The notes under the pieces were generated by a model. The model saw nothing but the letters and a program-made list of their open reading frames with translations, was not told the origin of the DNA and made no database searches. From contig OX597830.1 of the NCBI GenBank assembly GCA_951406725.2, positions 76,694,001 through 76,758,000 of the forward strand: 64,000 nucleotides of DNA, in the 5' to 3' direction. Below, piece after piece: positions 1 through 14,302 of the stretch (position 1 is its first letter; each line of letters begins with the position of its first letter). The position numbers were made by a program, and so were the translations under genes. The stretch is from Octopus vulgaris. Lineage: Eukaryota.

Positions 1-237
1 ATGCGTTCGCATTGTTTTAGCCTTCGAATGATGCCACCCCGCTGGCTAAGCGAGCAGGCCAACAGAAGAAAGAGTGGTGAAAGAGTACAGCAGGGATCGC
101 CACCCACCCCCTGCCGAAGACTCCTGGAGATCTTAGGTGTTTTCGCTCAATAAACACTCACAACGCCCGGTCTGGGAATCGAAACAGCGATCCTACGACC
201 ACGAGTCCGCTGCCCTAAACACTGGGCCATTGCGCCT
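1..237 (-). mobile_element. tRNA-derived SINE (family C, tRNA-Arg-like head), truncated by window edge
   Basis: Minus strand reads GGCGCAATGGCCCAGTGTTTAGGGCAGCGGACTCG...GTTTCGATTCCCAGACC (Pol III A/B boxes). The same head recurs at 36600-36671 (-). Confidence 0.8.
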
Positions 238-480
238 CGATATTTGTATACATATATCACTATTCTTTTATTTGTTTCAGCCGCTTGACTGCGGCCATGT
301 GGGAGCATCACCTTACAGGGCCTTTTAGACAAAGAAATCGACCTCAGGACTTATCCTTTGTAAGCCTTGTACATACTTTATCGTTTCATTTGTCGAACTG
401 CTAAGTTACGGGGAGATAAGCACACCAGAGATCAGTTATGAGGCGATGGCAGAGGGACAAACACAGACACATATGATATG

Positions 481-517
<37 letters not shown>

Positions 518-780
518 GCGTGGCTGTGTGGTAAGCAGCTTGCTTTCCAACCACATGGTTCCGAGTTCAGTCCCACTGCGTGGCAACTTGGGCAAGTGTC
601 TTCTGTTATAGTCTCGGGCCGAGCATCTTAATCTTGTTCTCAACTCCTGCAACATTCAGCCGCCACAACTTGAACGCCGAAAATCAACCTCTTTGTCTAT
701 ATATCTATCCTCTTTATAATGTTGGCAAATGAAATAGAGATAAGAATGTGCATTGTCCGTTTGATTGGAAAATTCCTATA

Positions 781-856
781 AGTGGCTGAAGATTGCTCGA
801 TTTTCTAAAACTAATGTAATACTTAAAATGAAGTAGCATGAAACAATTGTACTACT
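781..856 (+). ncRNA. Type I hammerhead ribozyme motif
   Basis: AGUGG-CUGAAGA-U.UGCU...AGCA.U-GAAAC-AAUU-GUA^CUACU. Stem I AGUGG/CUACU, palindromic stem III ACAAUUGU, (TA)n starts about 33 nt downstream. Confidence 0.8.
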
Positions 857-1579
857 CTACCTCGGATATACTTGTTGCTTATTTTGATTATATATATATA
901 TATCAAAGTAACGTACATGTATGCATATAAATTTTATATGTAAAAATTTTTTTAAATATATATATATATCTAAAAAAAGCACTTCAATGTCGTTTATCAC
1001 CAAGTTCTTCTCAAATGAAAAGAAACGATAGATTTTTCTTATGATATCATATGAGTGTTTAAGTTGAAAAGTTTGCACTACGATATATACATATACATAT
1101 ACATATATATATATATATATGTGTGTGTGTTGTGTGTGTATGTATGTCTTTACATTTACAATTTCGTAGATGCTGAAAGATGCTCATCTCATTTCCTTTA
1201 CATCAAATCCGGCAGTGTCCAGTCTTACAGCAACGAACAACTTTGGTTTTGGACTCCTGGAATAGCTTACGATCCATCTATGAGGGGAGAGGTATTTCTT
1301 CACTTCCTGATGTAATTAACTATAAAAGAATGACACATCTGTATAGTAGTAGTAGTAGTAGTAGTAGTTAATGGGAATATCCGGTGGTGTCAAAACAAAA
1401 GGGATAGGTACTAGCGTGTTTGGTATTTAGTTTAGTGCATATGTTTGTACACTCTTAATTTTCGGGGTAGGTGGTCTGACTTGGATTGTGAGCCTAATGC
1501 TATACGCCTATTGGTCATAGTTTACATTAAATTTTTAACTTTGTTATATATTATTATTAAAGGATTTTGAATATTTTAT

Positions 1580-1830
<251 letters not shown>

Positions 1831-2074
1831 TTTCTCTGTCCGTCTGAGAGTCTGACTATCTGTCAGTCTTCCTGCCTACCTCCGTTCTTGTATGTGTTCA
1901 TGTACCTTTCCGTCTAATTCAATATGTGTGTGTGTGCGTGTTTGGGTGTTATGATGTGGGTATATACACCTTGTGTAAAATAGTATTACACAAATAAATA
2001 GTTCATTGAGGTTATCTAAAACAAGCTATCTCAGAATAAGGGTTGCAAATATTGCCACAACGGCAGCAATATTG

Positions 2075-2410
2075 GGGGAGGGGATGAGTCGATTACATCG
2101 ACCCTAGTGTTCAACTGGTGCTTACTTTATCGACCTCGAAAGGATGAAAGGCAAAGTTGACCTCGGCGGAATTTGAACTCAGAACATAGCGGCAGACGAA
2201 ATACCTATTTCTTTACTACCCACAAGGGGCTAAACACAGAGGGGACAAACAAAGACAGACAAACGGATTAAGTTAATTATATTGACTCCAGTACTTATTT
2301 AATCGGCCTCGAAACGATGAAAAGCAAAGTCGACCTCGGCGGAATTGGAACTCAGAACGAAATACCGCTAAGCATTTCGTCCAGTGCGCTATCGATTTTG
2401 CCAGCTCACC
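2075..2410 (-). mobile_element. SINE family B (Nin-domain-like), two nested/tandem copies
   Basis: Minus strand has GTTCTGAGTTCAAATTCCGCCGAGGTC(G/A)ACTTTGC(C)TTTCATC motif twice. Confidence 0.75.
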
Positions 2411-2874
2411 GCATTGCTATCGCAGTATAATAAATATATGCTAACACAGAAAGCACTTCGTCCTACGATATTCTGTATTCCACTGTTCACTTATCGACTG
2501 TTAAGCCAACACGGTCGAACTAACACGGTCAAAAGGGCCGACTCAAAGTACGACTATTCGGGCAGTCACCCGGGGCGCCATGTACTAGAGGGTGTCAAGA
2601 AGGACGTGACAAAGGCTTGTACAAACCGAAATTCACCTTGCCCGGGGCGTCAGCAACCCTACTGCCGGCCCTGACAGTCAACTACACTCTTTAACAGTTC
2701 ACTAAGTCCTTAGTTATTGTAATCAGGTAATCCACAATCAGTCACGTGGGGATGTTCAGGATACTTCCATAACACTGGGTATTTGTATATTTATTTATAC
2801 ATATATTAACATAGATGTATGTCTACATGTATCCATACATACAAACACGGACACACACACATATATATGTTTAT

Positions 2875-3208
2875 ATGATGGCTTCCCCCTCATTATCGAG
2901 TATGGCCATTGCACGAAGCTTAACTGTTATTGTTGCTGTGATCGAATGTGACTTTTATTTGCTTTTTAAGGCTACAGCCAGCCATTCATTTGAGACTCAA
3001 AGCACCATCAACAATCATGAACAATGTTGTTATCGTGCAATGCCTGTGCAAGAAGTTTTTTTTTAAGTGAGGAAAGGCTGTGCACAGAGTCAATCCCACT
3101 CACTAAGCAACAGCAGCCATAATCCGAAAGGAACAAGTCAACATCATCGGTAACCACTGAGCTGCAGGTTTTATGTCGGAGTTATCCCGGTTACCTGAGT
3201 TACCTTCT
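2875..3208 (-). mobile_element. Partial copy of the RTE-derived non-autonomous element at 28926-29476
   Basis: Near-identical blocks (CCCCCTCATTATCGAGTATGGCCATTGCACGAAGCTTAA; GAGGAAAGGCTGTGCAC...TTACCTGAGTTACCTTCT) shared with 28935-29164, with about 100 bp of extra sequence between them. Confidence 0.75.
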
Positions 3209-3234
3209 GTTTATATATATACATACATAGAGAC

Positions 3235-3270
<36 letters not shown>

Positions 3271-3592
3271 TGAGTACGTATATGTTTAGGTATATACATG
3301 TATTTATGCACAAAAATATGTTTATCCACATCTATATCTGTCTATCTACTTGCTTACAAATATACATATGCGCACACACAGATGCAACGCTATATGTACA
3401 TTATATACATATGAATACATAAAAATATAACCGTGGTGCATGTAAGTCCGTTTCATATCCTCATCGTTTTGGGTTCAATCCCACTGCACAGCATTTCAAG
3501 AAATCATTTCCACTGTATCCCAGCCTGTCACATTCCGTATTTATTTAACCCTTTAGCATTCTGATTTACCAAACGTAATGCTTATTTATGCG

Positions 3593-3840
3593 GAGGCGCG
3601 TGGCTTAGTGGTTAGGGTGTCAGCACCATGATCGTAAGATTGTGGTTTCGATTCCTGGGACTGGGTGACGCGTTGTGTTCTTGAGCAAAACACTTCCTTT
3701 CACGTTGCTCCAGTTCACTCAGCTGGCAAAAATGAGTAATGCTGCGATGGACTGGCATCCCGTCCACCTGGGGAACACATACGCCATAGAAACCGGGAAA
3801 CCGATCCCATGAGCCGGGCTAGGCTTTAAAAGTGCGCGTT
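3593..3840 (+). mobile_element. tRNA-derived SINE (family C variant)
   Basis: GGCGCGTGGCTTAGTGGTTAGG A box, GGTTTCGATTCC B box, TGTTCTTGAGCAAAACACTT central block. Related copy at 42325-42545 (-). Confidence 0.8.
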
Positions 3841-4959
3841 TATTCATTCTTTATTATTAATGCTTATTCATAGACATTATTTTGAACTAATTATGCATTA
3901 TCTTGTAGCTTTAAGATTTCGATTATTTTTTAGAATGAAATTGTATGATGGGTGTGATCGGGTATGTATAACCATTTTAAGCATAAAACCGGATGAATAT
4001 TTCTGCCAGATATGCTAAGGTGTTAAATTTGCTGTGAAAATCTGATGTAGCAGTCTTAGATCTTAAAACTTGAGTGTATCACCATTCTCTCCGTCAACAA
4101 ACGGATTCCTTATGAATTTACAATTTCTTAAGAGCTATCGATTCTGTAAGTAACTGGGACATATTTGGAAATGTAGTCTTCAGGGAAGAAACGCTGTCTT
4201 TGATAATATATCTCCTCAATGAGGATTAACTTGGAACTAAACAAAATATATAATGTAAAATATTCTGCTTCATTTCAAGACTTCTCCATGACAGAATCGC
4301 TAGAACACTGCATTAAGAATTTGAATATGCTTCTTAGATATTCCGTGTAAAAAAACTCACACAGTATATATATCGGCAGGAGATGCATGTGTGTACTAAT
4401 ATACGCATATACATGCATACATACATATGTATATCTATGTGTGTGTATGTGTGTGCATACATGTATGTATGTGTGTATATGTGTGTATATGATTATATTC
4501 TATCTATCAATCTATCTATCTATCTATCTATATATATGTGTATGTGTGTGTGAGTGTGTGTATGTATAAATATGTGTGTATGCACGTGAGTGTGTATATA
4601 TATATATATATATATATATGCGTGATTGTGTGTGTGTGTATATACACACGTACATACACATGCACATGCGCACACACATACACACGCACACAACACGGTA
4701 AATATATGACAGATGCTTCATTCTTCCACTTTGTTGTGAATATGATAAATGTTTCACGTGTTTTGTCTCAGTGTATCTCTCTCTATGATCTCGTGTGAGA
4801 CTGCATATATACATACATAAATATACAACACATATATATCTATATATATCTGGGTGTATATAAATATCTAAGTGCGTACGTCTGTGTACGCTTTGTTCCC
4901 ATTATGAACTCACTAACCTTAATTCTTCAAAGTAATCCTGGTACAGATGGGAGCACAAA

Positions 4960-5257
4960 TCTTTATATTTAAAAGAGAAGTTGTGTGCCTGTCTCCTACG
5001 ATTTAGATTCCTAACTACTCCCACATTTTGCGGTGCAGTTTAACCAAAAGCGTGTATCTTATAGTCATGATTCATATCGAGCCCTTCTGGGTATTAGCAC
5101 GCGTCTACGATGAGTCTACGATTTAAAAAAAAATTACCATCACTTTTTCCCATTTTTAATGCATTTTTTTGCTATTATATAAGGGAAGTAACTCTCTAAA
5201 AATGCTTTTATAGTTATTGCCCTTACAAACCCGAGCAACGCCGGGCGATACTGCTAG
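4960..5257 (+). mobile_element. Non-autonomous Helitron
   Basis: 5' TC (A|TCTTTATATTTAAAAG), 3' hairpin CCCGAGCAACGCCGGG followed by CTAG|T; inserted between A and T with no TSD. Confidence 0.8.
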
Positions 5258-5620
5258 TACAAAATAAGAAACTATAAACTAAAAACAGGAAGCATTCAAT
5301 ACATATATTTCAAGAACGGCAGGATTTCGTTTACTTACTCTTTCAGTGTTCCTGGTTATTTAAGAAATTGGCAATATTTTCCCGGGTGCATAAGCTAACT
5401 GGTTTTCCAAATATAAATATGTATGTGTATGTGTTTGTTTATACGTATATGTTTATGTGCACACACATACACACACACAAACACAGGCATATATAATTCA
5501 AATGATAAGAAGACAAAGAAAATACTTTAATATAACTTTAATGATTTGTTATAATTGTTTCTGTACCAACGGGTTACTTGCAACTACAGTCAACACAAAA
5601 ATTTGAAGTGAAAATTTACA

Positions 5621-6030
5621 GGCGCAGGAGTGACTGTGGGGGAAGTAGCTTGCATACCAACCACATAGTTCCGGGTTCAGTCCAACTGCGTGGCACCTTG
5701 GGTAAGTGTCTTCTACTATAGCCTCGGGCTGATCAAAGCCCTGTGAGTGGACATGGTAGAGGGAAACTGAAAGAAGCCCGTCGTATATATGTATATATAA
5801 ATATGTATGTGTTTATGTATATATAAATATGTATGTGTGTGTGTGTGTGTGTGTTTTTGTGTGTGTGTCCCAACATCCCTTGACAACCGATGCTGGTGTG
5901 TTTAAGTCCCCGTAACTTAGCGGTTCAGCAAAACAGGTCGATAGAATGCGTACTAGGCTTACAAACAATAAGTCCTGGGGTGCTCAATCATGGCCGTAGT
6001 CAAAATAACTGAAACAAGTAAAAGAGTAAA
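5621..6030 (+). mobile_element. SINE family A (tRNA head, CCTTGGGCAAGT CORE-like block, internal (TA)/(TG) microsatellite, LINE-like tail)
   Basis: GGCGCAGGAGTGACTGTG...GGTTCAGTCC...GGAAACTGAAAGAAGCCCGTCG...CATGGCCGTAGTCAAAATAACTGAAACAAGTAAAAGAG. Confidence 0.85.
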
Positions 6031-6461
6031 GGATGAATGCATTCGGTTTTAGACATTAGAGAGGTATTTCATCAGACTTGCAATAAAAATTGTGTTGTCA
6101 CATTGTGCCCATGTATGTATGTATGTATGTATGTATGTATGTATGTATGTATGTATGTATGTATGTATGTATGTATGTATGTATGCATATGGTGACAAAA
6201 CTGTGTGGATACGAACCTCTCTTTGCAACCGCATGCTTCCGGTTTAATATTATCTACGCGCCAACTTGGCAAGTTTCTTCTATAATAGCCACTGGCCGAC
6301 TGAGTTTGGAAAATGGAAACTATGGAAGCTCCTCGTTTTATGTATATGAGCATGTGTGAGTCTGGGTCTGTAAGTGCATGCATGTGTGTGCCTGTGTATG
6401 TTCATGTGATATATAAATATATATAGATATACATATACATACGTACGTACATACATATATA

Positions 6462-6526
<65 letters not shown>

Positions 6527-6549
6527 ATAAATATATATGTCTAAATATA

Positions 6550-6589
<40 letters not shown>

Positions 6590-6592
<3 letters not shown>

Positions 6593-6782
6593 TTTCATTT
6601 CATTTCATCTAGTTTCAGCTCACGAGCTGTGGCCATGCTGGGGCACCGCCATTCGGTGTTGCTACATGATTTTACTTCACGAATGCATTTTAGTACTTGA
6701 CATTTGGTGCATGAGAGAGTTTGATGCAGCTGCCGTCATCTGCACCACCTGCCGTGAAGTTGGTTTATCTGGGACACCTGAT
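6590..6782 (-). mobile_element. 3' end of CR1/L2-group LINE (ORF2 C-terminus, 3' UTR, (TGAAA)n tail)
   Basis: Translates SGVPDKPTSRQVVQMTAAASNSLMHQM, matching the PDKP...NSL end of the LINE at 62687-63327. Confidence 0.65.
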
Positions 6783-7099
6783 ATTTGTATACACACACAC
6801 ACACACACACACACTCGTATATATATATATATATATACACGCAGGAGTGGCTGTGCGGCAAATAGCTTGCTTTCCAACCACATAAATCCCGGATTCAGTC
6901 CCATTTTGAGGAACGTTGAGCAAGTGTCTTCCACTCTACCCTCGGGCCGACCAAATCCTTGTGAGTGAAATTAGTAGACGAAAGCTAAAAATAGCCGATC
7001 GTACTAGATAATAAGTCCCGTGGTCGATTTGTTCGACTAAAGGCGGTGCTCCAACATGACACAGTCAAATGATTACAACAAAAAAAAAAGAATACACAA

Positions 7100-7132
<33 letters not shown>

Positions 7133-7241
7133 CATATATATACCGGAGTAAACACATAAATGTGAAACAAGATGGAAAAAAGAGTATTCAAATACCAGTG
7201 GTAGAGTAATATGCTTTATTTTAAGCAGCAGAAAATTCAAC

Positions 7242-7287
7242 AAAACCTGTTACTGTGAGTTTCCCGTTGCCGTTCATCGGACAGTTT

Positions 7288-7289
<2 letters not shown>
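7242..7289 (-). ncRNA. Type I hammerhead-like motif with CCGAUGA core
   Basis: Minus: AAAAACUGU-CCGAUGA-A.CG-GCAA-CG.G-GAAAC-UCACA-GUA^ACAGGUUUU, within a roughly 150 bp segment (7143-7290) that abuts (TA)n. Confidence 0.6.
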
Positions 7290-7614
<325 letters not shown>

Positions 7615-8151
7615 GATACATAAATCTTGCAATTAGGTGTCAGCGTATTTCAAGACGTTTTAATGTTTGTGAAATCAAACGTTGGAAAGTTATTTAAACG
7701 TTAACCTATCAGGTATATATCTAAACTTATCAGGTATATATTTTGTCTTTCAAAATTTTGTATTTACACACAAGATTAAATAATGAAATAAAACATATAT
7801 GTGTGTGTCTGTATGCAGAAAACGTGTGAATATACACGTGTGTGTTCTCACACACACACACACACACACATAGACACACATATATTACACACATACACAT
7901 ACACACAGATATATATTACTCACACGCACACATAAGCGTATATTACACACTCACACACATACACACACACACTTGTGTATATACACGCCTACCTGCTTTT
8001 CTAATATATTTTTTGTTTTTCTTTTTATACACCATTTTGATTTTTGTTATCGGTTTCCCGTCTCTCCTGAATTTTCCAGACACTACTCTATCTGTCTGTC
8101 TGTTTGTCTGCCTGTCTAGCTATATGTCTATCTGTCTGTCTTTCAGTCATC

Positions 8152-8194
<43 letters not shown>

Positions 8195-10499
8195 TAGTCT
8201 TTCTATATATCTATCTTTCTCCATCACTCCTCCTCATTTCTTACTGCTTTCTACTTCCTTCTGCTTCCCCCCCTCTCTCTCTCTCCCATTTTTCTCTTCT
8301 TTAATAGTACGAAGTTACAATGTAAACAATATGTACCCGTGTAACAAGTGTTGGCTGGAGTTCCTGACAAGGACCACCCACGCTATGTCTCTTCCCCTCC
8401 CACCTCATATCCTACGCTAAACACTCGGCTTCATGGTCCACTGTATCGTCTCAAGACTCCACCCCTTCCTTCTACGCAGAGGGTTTTCCCTATTTCTTTC
8501 AACACACAGACATCCTAAACGTTATTGATCTCAACCCTCTTGTAGGATGTGTATCGATTAACGATAATCCCACAATCACATTAAATTAATTGATATAAAA
8601 TATTTATATAAAATCACATGCTTCATTTTTTTGTTTTTATTCAACGGCGGTGCATCAGCATGGCCGCAACTCTGAGCTGAAACTAGAGAGAAAAAAATTT
8701 CAATCATTCGAATGTGGCCATGCTGTAGCATTTTCTAGAACGGTTTAGTCGAACAAATCAACTTCAATAACTGTTTTTTTTTTCTTTTATAAAACCTGGT
8801 ACTTAATCCATCGTCACTTTTACCTGAACGCTAATTTACGGGGACGCAAACAACCTAACACCTGTTGTCTAGCACATACACACATACACACATATAAATA
8901 AGAGTTTGCGTGTATGTATATAAGATGGGCTTCCTCACAGTTTCCGTCAAAGAAATTCATACACAAAGCGTTAGTCGACTCTAGCAGAAGACACTTGCCA
9001 AAGGTGACGAGCAATGAAATTGAACACGAAACTGTGTGGTTGCAAACAGCTTAAATTCAATGGCTAGCTTATCAATATGTATAATTTTTGATAAATCGAT
9101 ATAATCTTTAAGAAGAAAATCAATATCTTATATTTTCATTGATATTATTTTTAAAACAATTATATAAATCAAAAAAATATATATGCGGGAGTGGCTGTGT
9201 GGTAAGTAGCTTACTTCCCAACCACATGGTTCCGGGTTCAGTCCCACTGTGTTGCCCATTGGACAAATGTCTTCTACTGTAGCCTCAGGCCGGCCAAAGC
9301 TTTGTGAGTGGATTTGGTAGACGGAAACTGAAAGAATCCCGTCGTAGACGGAAACTGAAAGAATAAGTTCTTGGGACGATTTGTTCGACTAATGACGGTG
9401 CTCCAGCATGGCCGCATTGAAGTAAAAGAATATGAGAAAAGAATGGAGAAAATCTATCATGTTTGCTAAAATTTAAAACAATGAACGATTTCAAATAATT
9501 GTAGAAATTCAATTATATATTTATTGATATTATTAAAAACAGATTTTTGAAATGTGATTGAAAATCAGTCACATATTTATTAATATCATTTTTAAAAAAA
9601 TCGATATGTCGAAAAACAAATTCCATATATATTTATATCATTTTAAAAAATCGATATACAATGTATGTAGAATATCATTTAATTACAGATTTATAAGTTG
9701 TATATATTTTTTAAAGCACTACTATATGGATCAGTTAAATCGGTAGAACATCAGACAAAATGCTTGACAGTGCTGTATTTAATTGCGGTTCTTTAGAATC
9801 TGAGTTCAAATCTCGCATGTCATTTCAGCATTCAGTGATCGGTTATTTAATGACTCAGTCAAGTAATGAAATCGATTTAATCGATAGCACTCGCTTCTAA
9901 TATCTGTGGCTCTCTCATAGCGTGGGTATATGAGACATACCCCTGTCCCTGATTGAGGAGTATCCTAGCTTGCCGTTTTACTCTGATTTGACTTGAGGTA
10001 AAATCTTATGATTTTGCTGCAGTTATGTTTGTGAGATTGTTAGATTTCTCACGTCAATATTTCAAATACCGTTAAGGGGGCGAGCTAACAGAATCACTTG
10101 CATGTAGGACAAAATGGCTAGCAGCATTTCGTCCATCTCTGTGTTCAAATTCCGCCGATAAAATAAGTACCAGCTGAATACTGTGGTCTATGCAATCGAT
10201 TTACCCTACCCAGAAATCGCTAGCCTTGTGCCAAAATTTGAAGCCAATATTTCGATTACCTTTCCTGCTGTAGATACAAGGCCTGAAATTTTGGGGGCGG
10301 TAGCTATTCGATTACATCGACCCCTGGCACTTGAGTGAATCTCGAAAGGGTTTATAGCAAAGTGGATTGCGGGGCAGTTTGAACTCAGAATGTAAAGACG
10401 GTCAAAATGTCGCTTCGCATTTTGCTAGCGTGCTGACGATTCTGCTAGTTCATCGCCTTAAACCTCGACATTTTAATTATAATAGTAGAAAATATTTAA

Positions 10500-10725
10500 A
10501 GAACAGCTAACTTCAAGGTATGATGTCAGCTCAGCAATGGTTAGGCACTTCTCATCTCTGATTAAAGTGTCTGCCTTTCCCTTGTTGGCTGGGTTAATGG
10601 GCAACCACTGGGTGACATGTCTGCTAAAGCTTGAATTGTTTTTTTTTTTTATGGTCTGTTGAATTCTCATTCAGACGGCTGGCACATTATCACGTACTAC
10701 CGTAGTCTACAACTGTATCTTTGTA
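10500..10725 (-). pseudogene. Tc1/mariner transposase N-terminal remnant
   Basis: ORF 10473..10670 segment ADTLIRDEKCLTIAELTSYLEVS resembles the mariner LIxxDRRxTxxELAxxLxxS HTH region; heavily decayed. Confidence 0.55.
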
Positions 10726-10729
10726 CATA

Positions 10730-10892
10730 TGGCTGTGTGGTAAGTAGCTTGATTACCAACCACATGGTTCCAGGTTCATTCCCACTGCGTGGCACCTTGG
10801 CCAAGTGTTTTCTACTATAGCCTCGGGCCGACCAAAGCCTTGTGAGTGGATTTGGTAGACGGAAACTGAAAGAAACCCGTCGTATATATATG

Positions 10893-10955
<63 letters not shown>

Positions 10956-11160
10956 GTGTGTATATGTTTGTGTCTTTGTCCCCCAACATCGCTTGACTAC
11001 CGATGTTGGTGTGTTTACTTCCCCGTAACTTAGCGGTTCGACAAAAGAGGCCAATAGAATAAGTACTGGGCTTACAAAGAATAAGTCCTGGGCTCGATTG
11101 GCTCGACTAAAGGTGGTGCTCCAGCATGGCCGCAGTCAAATGACTGAAACAAGTAAAAGA
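10730..11160 (+). mobile_element. SINE family A, near full length
   Basis: All diagnostic blocks present, internal (TA)n, tail GGTGGTGCTCCAGCATGGCCGCAGTCAAATGACTGAAACAAGTAAAAGA. Confidence 0.9.
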
Positions 11161-11636
11161 ACGCTAAAGGGGATTATCCTTCGGCAAAAAGGAAGTCAAC
11201 CACGCTTTGCTTCTGACAGATTTTCAGCGGGGCCGTCATTTTAATATTAGCTTGGCTCACCTCTCGTATAGGCTTACACACATAATGTAGATCTTATTTT
11301 CATTCTGTTTTACTCATTTCAGTCATTAGACTACAGTCATGCAGGGGGCACCACTTTCAAGGGTATTAGTCGAGCAAATCGAACCTAGGACTTCATTTGA
11401 AGCCTAGTCTGTTTGGCCGAACCGCTAGATTACGGGGATGTAAACACATCAATACCGGTTGTGAAGCAGGGTGGGGGAGACAAACACAGACACAAAGATA
11501 CACACAAGCACATACGATGGGCTTCTTTTCAGTCTCCCTCAACCAAATCCACTGACAAGGATGTAGTAGAAGTCACTTGCTCAAAGGGCCAAGCAGCTTG
11601 GGATTGAGATATGCATACATACATACATACATACAT

Positions 11637-11724
<88 letters not shown>

Positions 11725-11883
11725 TTCAATAGGTGAATGAATTATCCTATGTTTATCGTCAGCATGGGAAATTCGTTGAACCGATACCAGGGTAGCAAAT
11801 TCACGTCAGAAACACGGTTGAAGCGACCTGTCCAAGGGTAGAAACTCCGGGTTCATTTGCAGAAATTTGTGTATTATATATGA

Positions 11884-12203
11884 ATAAATGAAAGAATGGA
11901 GTCGAACGAAGATGTTAACAAAATTCCTTTACTGTCGACATATGTTTCGAAGACAACATGGTTTCATTGCAAAGGAATAAAGGGTGTAAGATGCAATCTT
12001 CTCATCGTTTTGTTTACCATGTAGGCGGTCATCGAAATTTTTGTTTGTCTTGTTGCCGAGAGAGGCTCCCTTTCTTTCCTGATGAGAAGATTGCATCTTA
12101 CACCCTTTATTCCTTTGCAATGAAACCATGTTGTCTTCGAAACATATGTCGAGAGTAAAGGAATTTTGTTAACATCTTCGTTCGACTCCATTCTTTCATT
12201 TAT
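11884..12203. repeat. 123-bp near-perfect inverted repeat with 74-bp spacer (Penelope-like inverted end)
   Basis: Arms 11884-12006 and 12081-12203 differ at one position by eye; flanked by TA runs; mirrored ORFs 11929..12129(-) and 11958..12158(+). Confidence 0.9.
12074..12155 (+). ncRNA. Type I hammerhead ribozyme, canonical core
   Basis: CUUUC-CUGAUGA-GAAGA...UCUUC-GAAAC-AUAU-GUC^GAGAG. Stem I extends via CUUU/AAAG; palindromic stem III ACAUAUGU. Confidence 0.85.
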
Positions 12204-14027
12204 ATATATATATATAAAGAGTAAATTTATGTTAAGGAATGGAACGTACAATTTCTTGTAAGTCAGGCTGCCGCGTGGTTCCATACTTTCATATACATGA
12301 AAAAAAGAAGCCAATTATAGATCTAGAGTGAATGCACTTTTACATTTGTGCCAAATATTAAATTATTCCATTGAACAGACTCGCCTCTTATGATAAAAAT
12401 TGCATTACTTTATACTCACCCTCGTATATCTAGTTGTGTGTGTGTATGTGTATGTGTGTCTGTGTGTGTGCATACATGCACACAAATACTAACAAGTACA
12501 CATATATATATATATATATGTTATACAAGTAGTTACGCGTTAAATTTTTGGGTGTGTATTTTCGTGTTAATTTTGGCATTGTGCTGCGAATAAGAGAATG
12601 GTTTCCATAAATAATCTACTTTCGTCAACAAACTTCATAAAGTATGTATCTTTTTCTCACAGTTTCCTATCTATTTCGCGTTCTACTGCTGGCTGTAATA
12701 CACATTATTGGAACGAATTACAATTTAAAGCAGAAACCCTCTACGATAAATAAAATAAAATGAAAAAGAAGGAAAAAAAGTAAGCACTCGGCCATATGTG
12801 TGTTCGCACGCGCGAGTGTATTTATATTTAGTTGAATAAGATTCAGGTAAAATTCTTTTAGAATGCTATGCAAAGATCGTCTGCAGTTATTGGCTATCTG
12901 ATGTCATGATGCAGGGAAAATGCTCCTGCTACTGTATATACTCTTACTCTTTTACTCTTTTACTTGTTTCAGTCATTTGACTGCGGCCATGCTGGAGCAC
13001 CGCCTATACGTATATTAACAATTCTTAAATATCGTCAAAGTTTATATAGATGAATAAAAGAAAATGGATTGAACAATTTTCGTTATTTAAAATCACTACA
13101 GTTGTTTCAGAACACTTCCACACCTGTAGTACATTGGTAGCATATTGTCAGAGTTGGATTAACCATAAAGCAAAATAAGAAAGTGCTTTAGGGCATTAAA
13201 GGAAAGGGGCACCACAAAAATGGTAAATGACTTGTGGCTCAGAGGAAATCACTTTAAACTTGCTAAAATAATACCCAAAGTGGATTATCTGACTGGAAGT
13301 ATAATTTCGAAGTATACATGTTACTATAGTGAGGATCTGATCAAAGACTTTGCTATCAAAATAATAAAGTTAGAGAAAATTTTTGAAATATAAATAAACT
13401 TGGTCGTATATAAAGATAAGTATTATTTTCAAAGGCGGCAGAAACGTTAGCAAGCCGGGCGAAATGCTTGTCTTTACATTTTTGAGTTCAAATTCCACCG
13501 AAGTCGACTTTGCCTTTCATCCTGAATTTAGTTCCAGTTGCGTACTGGGTTCGATCTAATCGACTCCCCCTCCTCCCCCAAAATTTCGGACCTTGTGTTT
13601 AGTGTAGAAAATATTGTTTTCCATCTTACACTTAGTTCTATTTCATTTTGAAAAATATGAACAAATTTGTTGCAAAACCCTTATTGTTATAATTATATAT
13701 AGAAAAACTTTTTGTATAAGTTTTTACCGAATATGGTCCTTTTCCATGCCGAAAAACTACTAGGTGAAATTTGTTGATTTTATTAAATTAATTATCTTTC
13801 ACCCTATATCTGTAATGATTATTTCACTCCCCTACGACAAAACTACGAATCTTTTTTCGGCAGTACTATTTTGTGACTCACATGGTAGAAACATTTGGAG
13901 GGAAGTACGAATTCACTCGTCTATATAAATGTGGATATGCTGATTAGCTTTTATATGTTCCGATGACGCCTGGTCGGAAACATAAGGGGTAAGTTTTCCT
14001 AGCATTTCTAGATTTATTTATCGAAAT

Positions 14028-14086
14028 ATTATGTCGATGAAGGAAAGGAATCTTATGATTCTAATCCAGAAACGTACGTCCATAAT
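14028..14086 (+). ncRNA. Hammerhead-like motif with altered core (UCGAUGA)
   Basis: AUUAUG-UCGAUGA-A.GGA..GAAUC-UUAU-GAUUC..UCC.A-GAAAC-GUAC-GUC^CAUAAU. Perfect 6-bp stem I, palindromic ACGUACGU. Confidence 0.65.
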
Positions 14087-14259
14087 TAATCGAAGACTGT
14101 TTGATTTCATTGTTTTTCTTCTTTTTTTGCCATGTGTGAGTTACAAATATTGTTGTCTGTGAGACATATTTTTGTAGAAAAAGGAAATAGTAGTCTTTTG
14201 GCTGCTATTTCTAAAACTTTCGGTATGTGGTCAAGCAACTTGTTGCAAAACCCGTATTG

Positions 14260-14302
<43 letters not shown>

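Noticed and set aside
170-237. tRNA-like sequences here and at 3593, 33430-33500, 36600
   Set aside because: SINE heads continuing into SINE bodies; no complete cloverleaf.
11812-11865. GAAACUCCGGGUU stem-III-like word of the ACUCNGAGU family
   Set aside because: Core (UUGAAGC) and stem I too decayed to call.
13955-13995. CCGAUGA-CG..CG-GAAAC just upstream of the 14028 motif
   Set aside because: No NUH or stem I partner; folds better as a plain hairpin.
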